DNA of 64,000 nucleotides from Octopus sinensis (lineage: Eukaryota), in contig NC_043001.1 in the NCBI RefSeq assembly GCF_006345805.1, positions 71,796,001 through 71,860,000 of the forward strand, in the 5' to 3' direction. Positions 26,860-39,628 of the stretch are shown piece after piece. A program made the translations under genes and the position numbers. Every line of letters begins with the position of its first letter. The first letter of the stretch is position 1. The notes beneath the pieces are model-generated. The model did not search any database, had not been told where the DNA came from, and worked only from the letters and a program-made list of their open reading frames with translations.

Positions 26860-27020
26860 ATTTAACTGAGTTTTGTACTGAGTTACGCCTGTCGGTTATT
26901 TTGTACTGAAGTACCCCAATCTTTCACTTTGTAATAAGGTACCCCTCTCTTTTACTCTGTACTGAGGTACCCCTATTTGTTATTTTGAGCAGAGTTACCC
27001 TCTATTTTATTCTGTTCTAT
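26860..27020. repeat. Short degenerate minisatellite (TTTGTACTGAGGTACCCC-like units)
   Basis: Five to six imperfect units are visible. Confidence 0.6.
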
Positions 27021-27569
27021 AGTGACCTTCCAGAAGTCCGTGTATGTGTGTGTGTGTATGTGTGTGTGTGTGTATGTGTGTGTGTGTGCGTGTGTACATG
27101 TGCGTGTGTGTGTGTGTGTGCATGTGCGTGTGCGCGTGTGTGCGTGCGTGAAGATATAGAAAATGCAGCGAGAAATCGGAATATAAAGATAAATTATAAC
27201 TGGTAACTACAGGGTGCGTATTTGAAGCACAAAGGATATGTACTAAATGCTTTGTCAAATAGTCATCTGCGTCAGACTAGTACCCAGAATTATATTACTC
27301 TTGTTTGATGTTACATCTATGTACATTAAAAATGAGGGATGTTGAAACGTAACAAAGGGTGTGACATTAAAAAGTGTTTGTAAAAGAAAAGGGCAATACT
27401 TAATAAGTGTTTGAGAATCGCTGCAATAGTTAGCAGTAATCAATCAATGTAGTTGTATTGATAGAGTGACGGCCAGTGCCATAAAGTCGATAGTTCGTGT
27501 TTATGATCTGTCAATAGTGTCATGTGACACAGGTAAATCAAATATTTATTTCAAATTTCGAGTGAAGAG

Positions 27570-28110
27570 ATAAGTCGATTACATGAATCCCAGTGCTCAG
27601 CAGGTACCTTTTTTTTAATGACCCCCAAAAACATGAAAGACAAAGTCAAACTCGATAGAATTTGAACTTAGACCATAAAAACGACGAAATGCCGCTAAGC
27701 ATTTTACACGGCGTGATGATAAATCTGCCGGCACACCGCCTTAGGCGAATCAGATATTGCTCTACAGTATATAGCTGTCTAGCAATAAGCTGGTATTGTA
27801 GCTGGAAGTGATTACCATATCGTGGCAGGGTAAGTTCAAACCTGCCTTGTGAACTAAAAGATCGATCAATATCTCCGAAGAGAGAGATAGAGTATGTTGT
27901 CAAATGCTTAAGGCGGCAAGCTGGCAGAATCGTTAGTACGCCGGACGAAATGCGTAGCGGCATAGCGTCAGTCTTTATGTTCTGGGTTCAAATTCCGCCG
28001 AGGCCGATTTTGCCTTTCATCTCCTTTCGAGGTCCATAAAATAACTGCCAGTTGAAAACTGGAGTCAATGTAATCGTCTTACGCCCTCCGACGAAATTGC
28101 TGATCTTGTG
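27570..28110. mobile_element. Head-to-head pair of SINE family A copies (27570-27745 minus, 27908-28110 plus)
   Basis: Both match the family A consensus in opposite orientations. Confidence 0.8.
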
Positions 28111-28174
28111 CCAATACTAGGAATGTTTCCATATAGTTTACATAATATTGTACAGTATTAGATATAATTATTTA

Positions 28175-28400
28175 TACTCTTTTACTCTTATTTATTTCAG
28201 TCATTTAGCTGCGGCCATGCTGGATCACCGCCTTTAGTCGAGCAAATCGACACCAGGACTTATTCTTTGTAAGCCTAGTACTTATTCTATCGGTTTCTTT
28301 TACCGAACCGCTAAGTTACGGGGACGTAAGCCCACTACCATCGGTTGTCAAGCGATGTTGGTGGGGGGGACAAACACAGACTCACAAACATATACACATA
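28175..28400 (-). mobile_element. SINE family B, 3' half, followed by expanded (TACA)n
   Basis: Reverse complement of the tail seen at 47860-48033. Confidence 0.88.
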
Positions 28401-28530
28401 CATACATACATACATACATACATACATACATACATACATGCATGCATGCATGCATGCATGCATACATACATACATACATACATACATACATACATACATA
28501 CATACATACATACATACATACATACATACA

Positions 28531-28562
<32 letters not shown>

Positions 28563-28563
28563 A

Positions 28564-28985
28564 AGCAATGTTCCACGTTCGAACTAGAGCATGTATCCCT
28601 GCCCCGTAAAATTCTGTTAACTGTTCTTTGAGCCACTTCTTCACTACAGTTTTCACTTCCTCGTCACTGAACTATCAACGTCACTGGACTATCATCTCTT
28701 CGGCCCCATGAAAGACGGTTTGAGAGGCAAACATTATTCCAGTAACGAGGAAGTGAAAACTGTAGTGAAAAAGTGGCTCAAAGAACAGACAACAGAATTT
28801 TACGGGGCAGGGATATGCTCTCATTCGAAGGTGGAACATTGCTGTTGAGAGAAATGGGGACTATGTTGAGGAGTAGGGATGTGATCCACAGAAGACCAGC
28901 TTCCTTTTGATGTATGATACATGTTCCTGTGTTGATAATTATACCTGTCCTAAACAAAATGGCATTACTTTTTGACTCACCCTCG
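28564..28985 (+). mobile_element. Mariner 3' fragment with right TIR and an inverted duplication
   Basis: DYHLFGPMKDGLRGKHYSSNEEVKTVVKKWLKEQ..RRWNIAVERNGDYVEE*. TIR GGCATTACTTTTTGACTCACCCTCG followed by TA. 28564-28669 is the reverse complement of 28740-28843. Confidence 0.9.
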
Positions 28986-29111
28986 TATATATATACACAT
29001 GTGTATATACCAGCATACATCTGAAGGTGTTGGCCCCAGAATGGCTGCGATTTAATAACTAGAACAAGTAAACGATATAAATATAATACTTAGATAGATA
29101 GACAGATAGCT

Positions 29112-29219
<108 letters not shown>

Positions 29220-29949
29220 GCTCAATGTAATGGTGGTAACAACAATAAAAGTTATGAGGATAAGAGGGAAAGGCAAAGAACATAAACTAAGAAGAGGAAT
29301 AACGTAAGAAAAATGTAGCTTTAGAAATCCTCATTAAAAGACAACACTAACAGACAATGATGATGATGGTGGTCATAGTGATAATGTTGATTGTTGTGAT
29401 GGTTGTAATTGTGGTGATGATGTTGAGAAGGAGGAAGAGGGGGGAGCGTGGGAGAATGAGAGAATGAAAAAGATGATTAGAATGTCATGAAAACTCCATT
29501 TAACTGTTTAAAAGCTCTTAGGTTTTTCTTTAGGAAAGGACGTGTGTGTTGTGGGTAGGGGTTTTTGCTTTAACAAGAATAATTAACAAATACAGAGAAT
29601 AAGATGGCGTTAATTCTTGATGTCTGACTAAATATCTTGGAGAGTTTTCTGCCTCTTACACACTCAACTTCAAAGCCAGGAACTTTTATTATTTCCGGTT
29701 GATGAATTTGGTATCTTTGTGATTTTACACTTTGATTTCCTAACATTTATACCATTTCATTTCTTATGACATCTTCCCAATATAATTGTCCTCTGCAATC
29801 TTTCAAACCGATCACTTAATTCTTATTATTTACCTTAATTAAAATCCATTTGATTCACCTTTTGAAAGAGACGTCTCAATAAAAAATATCAAAGACCTAC
29901 CGTAATCAACTGTTTATATGTGTGAATGCATGTGTACAAGAAAGTATGT

Positions 29950-30038
<89 letters not shown>

Positions 30039-30379
30039 TATATGTATACATACATATATATATATATATAATTATATATATGTGCATACTTGTATGTATG
30101 TATGTATGCATGCATGTATGTGTATCTAGATATGTGTGTGAGTGAATGTATATGTATACTCCCACGATGAACTACGTACAAACATACGCGTACACGTGTG
30201 CGTTCGTGTCTGTGCACACACATATGTACATAATACATGGTTTCGTGTCTAATTCTTATTTATTATTCGAAAGACCGTTTCCGTCTTATTCATTGATTCA
30301 AGTGAGCTGATTCTCAGTGATAACTTTAAATGTCAAAAATGTTTTCCACTCCAGGGAGTAAAAATAATTTTTATCTTTT

Positions 30380-30592
30380 ACCTGTTTCAGTGATGAGATT
30401 GCGGCCGTGCTGGGACACCACCTCAAAGAAATTTTAGTTAAATGAATCAACCGCAGTACATTTTTTAAGCCTGGTACTTATTTTATAGATATCTTTTGCC
30501 GAGCCGCTAAGCTACGGGGACGTAAATACACCAAGGCCGGTTGTCAAGCTGTGGTGGGAGACAAATACAGACACAAAAACACACACATAGAT
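30380..30592 (-). mobile_element. SINE family B, 3' half (split from its 5' half at 31979-32175 by a Penelope insertion)
   Basis: Matches the family B tail. The 5' half resumes after 31979. Confidence 0.85.
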
Positions 30593-31978
30593 CACCGTAG
30601 ATTTCAAGCGCCGCTACCGTCCACACATGAACTCTTTCTCCAATCCAAATTCTAAATTATCATCCTCCTTAGCACCTTATATACACAACCTTAAATCTCA
30701 AAATATCCCATACATCCTATCCTGGTCCATAATAAACGAGGCTCCCTCATACAATGCAAGCATCGGCAAGTGTAAGTTATGTCTAAAAGAATCATTAACC
30801 ATTCTTCGCCTTCATAATTCCTCTTTACTTAATAGATTCTCTGATGTAATTCATTCTTGTAAACACAGGCACCATTCATCTACCACACACTTTGCAAAAT
30901 CTATGTAATCCCATAGCTTTAAGTATCCGTACACAAAATAACCTTAAACTAAGACAAAATATTCCTTAGAAAATACTACCACCACCTGTTATTTTTCTCA
31001 TACACATATTTCTAAATTCTTCCAAATTCTTCTAGTCTACTACTTCCCACTTTCGTCTTAGCTCCCCCACACTCCTCGCCTTTAAAAGTACTTACACTAC
31101 TCCCCTCTTTTTAAATCTAACCAATCTACCTTTACTCCTCCCTATTCACATCCCTCTATTCAATTTCATACACCCCTCCATACCATAATACCCCCTCCAA
31201 CACCAAACTAATTCCTTTGCCCCGCTAACAACTATTATTTTGACCACCTACTCACCCCCACTGTATCCCCCTCTATTTTCTCTCATACCTCTCTACATAC
31301 CTTACTAATCTCCGTCAACCACTGAACCAATTTACTTATTTCCCTCAAATAATGGCCATTCCCATTTTCACTATCTCAACCTTTAACTCTGTAGCCTTCA
31401 TACAAACTAACACAAAGGTTACCATTCACGTACTACCTAAACCACCCTTTCCTCTTCCTCCCACCTTCCACCTCTACTACTATCACTCTCAACTACCTTG
31501 ATTAATAATCTCTAACCCTGAAATTTATTTTCTCCTCTCACTACTCTCTATCTTGATACCCCCCAACTCCTTCTAGTACACTTAGTTCTCCACAAAATCA
31601 TTCCATCTTTAATCTCCTTTCTGTCAACACCTCAAATATAAAGCTTCTTCCCTGAAGACGGAGACTGGTATAAACCAATGGTATAAATCAATTTACAATC
31701 ATTATTTTGGACCACCAAGCCCCCACAAACAGCTGTTGGACTCGTAAAACTCTTATTCAACCCCTTTAATTCCCAATATCATTTCTATTCTGCGTAAGTC
31801 GAACGTTTTTATATGTAAACATATGTACATTTTTTTGTATTAAATGTATTTAATAGTTTTTGTATATCAATTTGCCTAACTTGCTTATCCTTACATTTAC
31901 TCCTCTACCTGCTCAAGTTTAAACCTCTTGAGCACTACAAAGAGTATTCTATACGGAGAATATCTGTCTCTCGTCTAT
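30593..31978 (+). mobile_element. 5'-truncated Penelope-like element (GIY-YIG C-terminus plus long 3' region) with a 16-bp target-site duplication
   Basis: FKRRYRPHMNSF..LAPYIHNLK..WSII..CKLCLKESLTIL..LLNRFSDVIHSCKHRH matches the C-terminal GIY-YIG/CCHH pattern of PLEs. AAACACACACATAGAT occurs at 30577-30592 and 31979-31994. Confidence 0.85.
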
Positions 31979-32175
31979 AAACACACACATAGATATATAC
32001 ATACATATATACGACGGGCCACTTTCAGTCTTCGTCCAACAAATCCACTTACAAGACTTTGATCGAACCGAGGCTATAATAGAAGACACTTGTCCAAGGT
32101 GCCACGTAGTAGGACTGAACCTGGAAGCATGTGGTTGGGATGCAAGCTTCTTACCACACAACCATGTGTGCGCCT
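31979..32175 (-). mobile_element. SINE family B, 5' half
   Basis: CGACGGGC..TTTCAGT..CAAATCCACT..GAAGACACTTGTCCAAGGTGCCACG..CTTACCACAC. Confidence 0.85.
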
Positions 32176-32331
32176 ATATAAATGGCAGCACCTCAGGTGA
32201 CGTATATTAAACCTTCCTACGCATATTCCTCACCTCCTACATTTAAATATAATATACATATGCATGTGTGCAGGTACACATATACGTATATATGTATGAA
32301 TATACATGTCTTTGTGAGTGTGTGTGTGTGT

Positions 32332-32383
<52 letters not shown>

Positions 32384-33007
32384 GCGTGTGTGTGTGTATT
32401 TACGACTGTGGAAGTGTAATTCTAGTCATTTAATGAAGCAAAAATTGTCCGTTCAAACCAAAACCACTGATTCGTGAATTTGAAATTAAATGTATTTCAT
32501 GACACGTCAAAACTTTTTCGTCTCAAAACTACGACCGAGTCATTGACACAGTTCCACTACAAACTACGAAATAGATTTAAGTGAAATTAACAGCTTTATG
32601 CGTTATTAAGTTGATGAAGATGGTCTTACATGATGCAGCTGTTTTAGTTTGAAAGTACAGCTTCAGTTGCAGTCACCTGCTAGTTAAGAATAACCCTGAA
32701 TACGCGCGCGCGCAAGCACATGCACGCACACACACACACACACACAAACACACACATATAATAATAAACAGGAAATGAAAGCATAATTTGAGTATTACTA
32801 TAGGCGTTTCATTGGCAAATATATTATTAACACATTGCGTCGTACAAACTGTCATGCAATAACATGCGAGATTATATAAGATTATACAAACAAGTTGTTT
32901 ATGCAAAGTTACCACATCGTCAGGTATATATATATAAATTCTAATGGAATATTTACCTGACGATGTGGCAATGTTACGCAAAACCTTGATATATATAATT
33001 ATATATA

Positions 33008-33055
<48 letters not shown>

Positions 33056-33129
33056 AATGTGACCCTGTGTGTACTGTTGGCGATTTTTTTTCCTCCGTCT
33101 TCCCTTCTTTGGATCTTTCCTTTTCCTAT

Positions 33130-33164
33130 GTTTCTGACGAAGAGCTCCGCTCGAAACGTTAAGC
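33130..33164 (+). ncRNA. Minimal type I hammerhead ribozyme motif in a Penelope-like pLTR remnant (33050-33260)
   Basis: GTTT-CTGACGA-A-GAGC(TCC)GCTC-GAAAC-GTT-AAGC: intact core, 4-bp stem II, self-complementary ACGT stem III and 4-bp stem I. Confidence 0.6.
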
Positions 33165-33253
33165 TCTCCTTCTTTCCTTAGCATCCAATAATACTATACT
33201 TGTTCCACGTCCTCGCGTTGTTGTGTTTTCTCTTTGTGTTTTCTTGTTTGGAT

Positions 33254-33305
<52 letters not shown>

Positions 33306-33547
33306 ATAAGTTGTTTCTGTAGAATTGTATTTAATTTAGTCGTAAAAGATTACATCATAATATACAGTCCACCCACATCAGGTAAAGTCTTAAAAAAGTA
33401 AATATTTTTTATATGTTGGCTATGTCCCAGTCAAATGCATAAAATCTGACTTTCTTTAAACTGTACCTGATGATAGAGATTATATTTTATGATGTAATCT
33501 GTTATGACTACATTAAATAAAATTCTACAGAAACACCCTATATATAT

Positions 33548-33650
<103 letters not shown>

Positions 33651-33891
33651 TAGCCTTCGCGTAAACCAGTGGTTCGTTTTGTTCTCTTACTTTATTATCA
33701 TCTTATAATCATCTCATAATAATGACTTTTATGACTCGTATTACTACCTCAGTCAATCTAAATGTATATATTTGTCACTACCTGTCATAAATAGCCTTTT
33801 TTCTATTTGCAATATGCATTTTCGTTGATTTTTCATATTTTACCCTTACATTTCCACGTGTATTTTATATTTTCTTTTCGTAACTTATTTC

Positions 33892-33980
<89 letters not shown>

Positions 33981-34190
33981 TCCATATGTTAGAAAGAAGT
34001 ATACTTAATATAAACAATACAACAGTTATGTTTTATATATAGCCGAGTAGTATATTAGGTATACTAACCATTCAAACATACTGACCAAAGAGTCGTCAAT
34101 AAGCGCAATAGTTATCGCGAAACTGATGGTAACATTGTGCCCAGTTATTGCCATATACAGTAATATACTGCTCGACATTATATATATATA

Positions 34191-34318
<128 letters not shown>

Positions 34319-34549
34319 GTAGGTAGATATAGATAGATATATATATATACATAAAAGTAAATAAATGGCACAACGAAGCACCGATATTTACTGGAAAATA
34401 GCGAGGTAAAACTATACATAAAAGTAAATAAATGGTAAAATTATACATAAAAGTTGTGCCATTTATTTACTTTTATGAATAATTTTACCCTCACGGGCTA
34501 TCCTTTACTAGAAAGCAATACTCTCGTATTGCATTACTATTTTCATTTT

Positions 34550-34616
<67 letters not shown>

Positions 34617-35244
34617 GATAAGTGCACAGAGTAAGTGAATCCAAATAAAGGTGTGTGCATTCAATTTTACTTTTGACATGGTCTTGTACACCAATGAAAA
34701 CCATTCACTGCAAGATTGTTTGTAATGAAGAAAATATCTTCTTTTTAGACACACAAAATCTTTTAAAAAGAATTTTATCTCAGAGACAACATACCGCAGT
34801 GAATGCCTTTCATGTTGTAGTGTACAAGAGCCGGTTAAAAATCAATATACAGGTCCCTATTAAATGCGTAGACATATGCACACACACAAACACACATGCA
34901 TATACATATATATATTCACGCATACACATTTATGTATATATATATATATGCGTGTATGTATGTGTTTATGTATGTACATATAAGTTGTATGTCTGTATTT
35001 GTGTGTGTGTTTGTGTATATATGCTTGTAAACCCGGAACGATATATGTGTGTCTGTGTGTGTAGTTCTGGGTTCAGTCTCACTGCGTGGCACCTTGGGCC
35101 GACCTAAACTTTGTGATTCGATTTGGGTAGACGGAAACTGGAAGTCGGTCATATCTATCTATCGATCTATCTATGTATATATATATAAATATGTGTGTGT
35201 ATGTATGTATGTCTGTATATATGTATGTATATATATATATTTCT

Positions 35245-35460
35245 TTACTACCCACAAGGGGCTAAACATAGAGGGGACAAACAAGGACAGACAAACCGAT
35301 TAAGTCGATTACACCGACCCCAGTGAGTAACTGGTACTTAATTTATCGACCCCGAAGGGATGAAAGGCAAAGTCGACCTCGGCGGAATTTGTACCCAGAA
35401 CGTACCGACAGACGAAATACCGCTGAGCATTTCGCCCGTGCTAACGTTTCTGCCAGCTAT
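35245..35460 (-). mobile_element. SINE family A copy
   Basis: Well-preserved reverse complement of the family A consensus. Confidence 0.9.
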
Positions 35461-35461
35461 G

Positions 35462-36115
35462 CATATATGGGTAGGACGTCACCAACAGTGCAAATAACAT
35501 GAAATACGCAAACAAACGAGTTAAATACATAAACAATGTGAAAAATGGGGAACAGGACAAGTAAACACAGAGAAAGGACCCCTCATCAGTTGTCGGCTGT
35601 CTGTCTGCTCCTCATTTCGAGCATTCAATGACAACTACTCCCATAAATTCTAAAATAAAATTTAGGATTTATGAAGGGTCAAATTTGGGAACAAAAGTAT
35701 GACAGTGGAGACATACAAGAAAACCGAGCGAAACCTGGAGGGTCGTTAGACCAGAACGAGAAGAAAATAGTGAACGCCGAGTGAAACATTTTTTTGAAAA
35801 GAGAAAGGATAGAAGAGAGAAAAAATACGTCCGTTTCTTTGAACGTCCGTGCAAGAAAAGAAAGATGGTCCCGTGAGGGAAAAAGAGGGACATTGGTCAC
35901 GTGTAAGCAACGTGAGAAAGAGAGAGAGAAAGAGAAAGGGAGGAGAGAGACAGATAGAAAATGGTGAAGGAGGGAGAGGAGAAAAGGGAATTAATGAAGG
36001 ATAGAGGAGGAAAACAGTTTAGAGTAGAGTCGCATCAAAAAAAGTGAAGATAGACTTACTTGGAAATGGAAGCGTCGCATTCAATTAAATAATAAATACT
36101 ATATAATATTATATT
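35462..36115 (-). mobile_element. Penelope-like 3' fragment/pLTR
   Basis: Its end is shared with 37420-37520 (TGGGTA..GTCACCAAC.GTGCAAATAACATGAAAT). The body resembles 36300-36900 in the opposite orientation. Confidence 0.5.
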
Positions 36116-36134
36116 ATATATATATGTATATATA

Positions 36135-37044
36135 TGATCCGGTTCTTGACTGAAGACTGAGGGGTTCGAATGTCCTGTCCATGTTTATTGTATCGTCTTC
36201 TAAGAGTTATACGTTCTTGTCCATGTTGTATTTTTCTACATACCTTAACATATATTCCAGGCGCCCCGTACCCCCCTTATCATTAATGTGAACACATATT
36301 CTTAATAATTGGTACGACTCTCTGTTTGTCTCTCTCTTTTTCTCTCTATCATCTTCTCTCCCTCTGATCCTTTGGTCTAGTCTTCCACTACCCTCCTATT
36401 CTTTGTCTCGCTCTGCCTCACAGGTCATTCTTCGACAGACCCCATCCCTTCCCTCTCTGATTCCTTCTTCTCTCTCTTCTCTCTCTTTGTTGCGTTTTGT
36501 CCCCCTTTTCTCTCTCTCTCTTCCTTTGCTTCTCTTTCTTTTCTTTTCCCTCTCTCTGTCACGTGACTGTTGGCCGAAATCTGCCTTTCAGCTCCTGACC
36601 CTCGTCGTGTAACATCGTTGTTTTTCGTCCGCCGCTATAAGGCTTTTTCCAATGCCGCCAGAGAGAAAAAATTTGTTTGCTTGTTATCAGTCGTAAGACA
36701 CTTGTTGTTTCACCGTTAATGCTTCTGTATTTCATGTTTCTGTATTCCATTGTTTTTTGTTTTTTTTTATACCTGTCCCTTTTGCTGTCCTGGTGTTCGT
36801 ATGCATTCGATCCTTCTTCCAGGAAATCTACGCTTCCAGCTTAGTTTTTCTAAGCTCGTTGCTTAGTTTTTCTTGGAGGGCTGGCCGTGATCTAGTAATC
36901 TCAAGATTAATCAGCCGAAATTACTACGATTGATCCGGTTCTTGACTGAAGACTGAGGGGTTCGAATGTCCTGTCCATGTTTATTGTATCGTCTTCTAAG
37001 AGTTATACGTTCTTGTCCATGTTGTATTTTTCTACATACCTTAA
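36135..37044 (+). mobile_element. Penelope-like remnant with identical 114-bp direct terminal repeats (partial tandem)
   Basis: 36135-36248 equals 36931-37044. Flanked by TA-rich tracts. Confidence 0.7.
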
Positions 37045-37258
37045 TAATATATTATATATATTATATATATATTATATATATATAATTTATATATAGAGGG
37101 CATAATTATACATACATGCCAGGAGGCATTATATATACCTGCCAAACGCTAAGAGGGACAATCAGTCATTTCTACCAAAAAATTTACTAATCCCACCGAA
37201 TGCAATTTTTCAAAGTAAGACACTGTATCACAGTGATTTCATACTTACGTAATCATCA

Positions 37259-37297
<39 letters not shown>

Positions 37298-37304
37298 TAT
37301 ATAT

Positions 37305-37356
<52 letters not shown>

Positions 37357-37518
37357 TTATTTTATATTTATATTTATATTTACTTATATATATATCTATA
37401 TATATAATATCTACGTATACATACATATATGGGTACAGGATGTCACCAACGGTGCAAATAACATGAAATCCGTAAATAAACGAGTCAAATACGTAAGTAA
37501 CGAGAGAAAAAGAAACAG

Positions 37519-37519
<1 letters not shown>

Positions 37520-37569
<50 letters not shown>

Positions 37570-37673
37570 TTCAGCATTTGATAGATTCAAGCAAATTTCT
37601 GCTGCATAACTTGCTACACCTCCGTGTTGTTGGGGTGTGTGCAACATTGTGTGTTCTTTATTGTTGTTGCTAC

Positions 37674-37724
<51 letters not shown>

Positions 37725-37781
37725 CATCATCATCATCGTCGTCGTCGTCGTCGTCTTGTTATTGTTTTATTATTATTATTA

Positions 37782-37830
<49 letters not shown>

Positions 37831-37832
37831 CA
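37520..37832. repeat. Compound trinucleotide tracts (AGT, ATT, ATC, CGT)
   Basis: Directly visible. Confidence 0.95.
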
Positions 37833-38205
37833 CATTCCTTCTCCGAGCGCATTATTCCGCTGATGTCCTCTGTAGAGCATTTACTATATTCTCTAAATAA
37901 AAACTTTGGGTCGTACTTTAAAAAAGTGCACAAAATTGACAGAAATAAACATTGACAAAGGATTAGCTTCATGGTTTGTGAAAACAGAACAACATGTCGT
38001 TAGCTACTAATCGTGTTGTTATATGTAAAAATAGTTTCAGAAACACTTTGGGTGGTGTGGTCGGCAGCATTTGTTGTTCATTTGGCGAATAAAAAATACT
38101 TCTGTCCTCGACATTGCACAAATATAAACAGAGTCACCTGCATACACATATTGATATGAATATGTATGTGTGGATATTCATTTAATATCATGTATTGTAT
38201 ATATA

Positions 38206-38257
<52 letters not shown>

Positions 38258-38786
38258 GAGTGAGTGAGAGAGCAGTGCATGCCATCAAAGTGACACTGGA
38301 GTAAAATATACGAAGCCCAGTATACCCATCATGACTACCCGTCTGATAAGGGTACACTAGGCACATGCATCACAACCATGTGTGCGCGACATGATGATCT
38401 CATATCAAGATAAACAGCACATGACCTTGCAGGTAGGGCCCCGTTAGAATTTTCTTCAAGTCGAGTAACCTATCCCGCTCAAAAGGTCCCTGAATAAGGG
38501 TTGTTTAAGGATGTTGAATGAAACACCCATGTTTCCAGAGGTGAACTATTCAAACCCCAAAGAATTCCTCTCAACGCATGTTTATGATGTTCCTCCACTA
38601 CTTCTGCTCGTGATCAGAGATGCACACATCGTCAGCCACTAAGGGACATGCTCAACTGGTTAAAGTCAAACAACTCTGTGGTATTGAGCAGAATATTTGC
38701 TGTAGCCCATCTTTTATACCAAGACAAAACAACGTACATGATAACACTTCCAATCAGTTAAGATCAGAAGCCACGAGAGCCACTGC
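38258..38786 (-). mobile_element. Family C element, third copy, flanked by (ATT)n
   Basis: Colinear with the other copies. It lacks about 20 bp at its right end. Confidence 0.9.
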
Positions 38787-38804
38787 TATCATTATTATTA
38801 TTAT

Positions 38805-39582
38805 TGTGTCTGGGGAGAGTCATTCTCTTTTAGTACCTTATTAATTTAACACACTCACTGGTCTGATTTCCACTCATTTAGTTATTATTTTTTACTAAAA
38901 TTTTCGTTGCGACTTGCAACCTTTTCAAAAGTCGTTGATTCTGTCCATTATCGGAATTGCGTCTTTTTTTTGTACGCATGTGTGTGCGTCAGTGTGCGTG
39001 CGCATACATATATGTATGTATGTGTGTATGTATGTACGTGTGTATGCATGTATGTGTGCATACATGTATATATTATGCACGTGTGCACATTTGTATGTAT
39101 GTGCTCTGCGTGTATGTTTGTATGCATTATGGTGTGTGTGTGTATGCATATATACACTGTGTGCACGTTTGTAAGTATGCATGCCTTCTGCATATCCATG
39201 TGCTTGTGTGTTCATGTTTGTGTGTTTATGTGTTTGTGTTTGTGTGTTTGTATGTGTGTGTGTCTGTATATGTGTGTGTATTTATGCGTGTACCTCTGTC
39301 TCCTTATGTGTGCATGTTTGAGCGTGTCTGTGTATCGGTTTATGTGACTATGTATGTGCGTCTGTTATGTATCGATGTGTGCCTTCATACGTGTCCTTGT
39401 GCAGAGTGTGCGTGTGTGTATATAGTTATGTGCTTCAGTCTTTATTTGTATGTATGTGTATGTGTACTCGTCTGTCCATATTACCTATGTACCTATCTAT
39501 CTCTATATATCTATCTGTCCATATACGTATCCACATATATATACACACATACATACACACACACACACAGACACACACACAC

Positions 39583-39628
<46 letters not shown>

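Noticed and set aside
35575-35625. GAAA..CTGATGA in permuted (type II-like) hammerhead order on the minus strand; similar order at ~7607-7650 (+) and ~10070-10110 (-)
   Set aside because: No consistent stem III/NUH/stem I could be folded between the boxes.
38037-38137. Possible terminal exon GDSVYICAMSRTEVFFIRQMNNKCCRPHHPKCF* on the minus strand
   Set aside because: The acceptor lacks a polypyrimidine tract, and there is no recognisable homology or partner exon.
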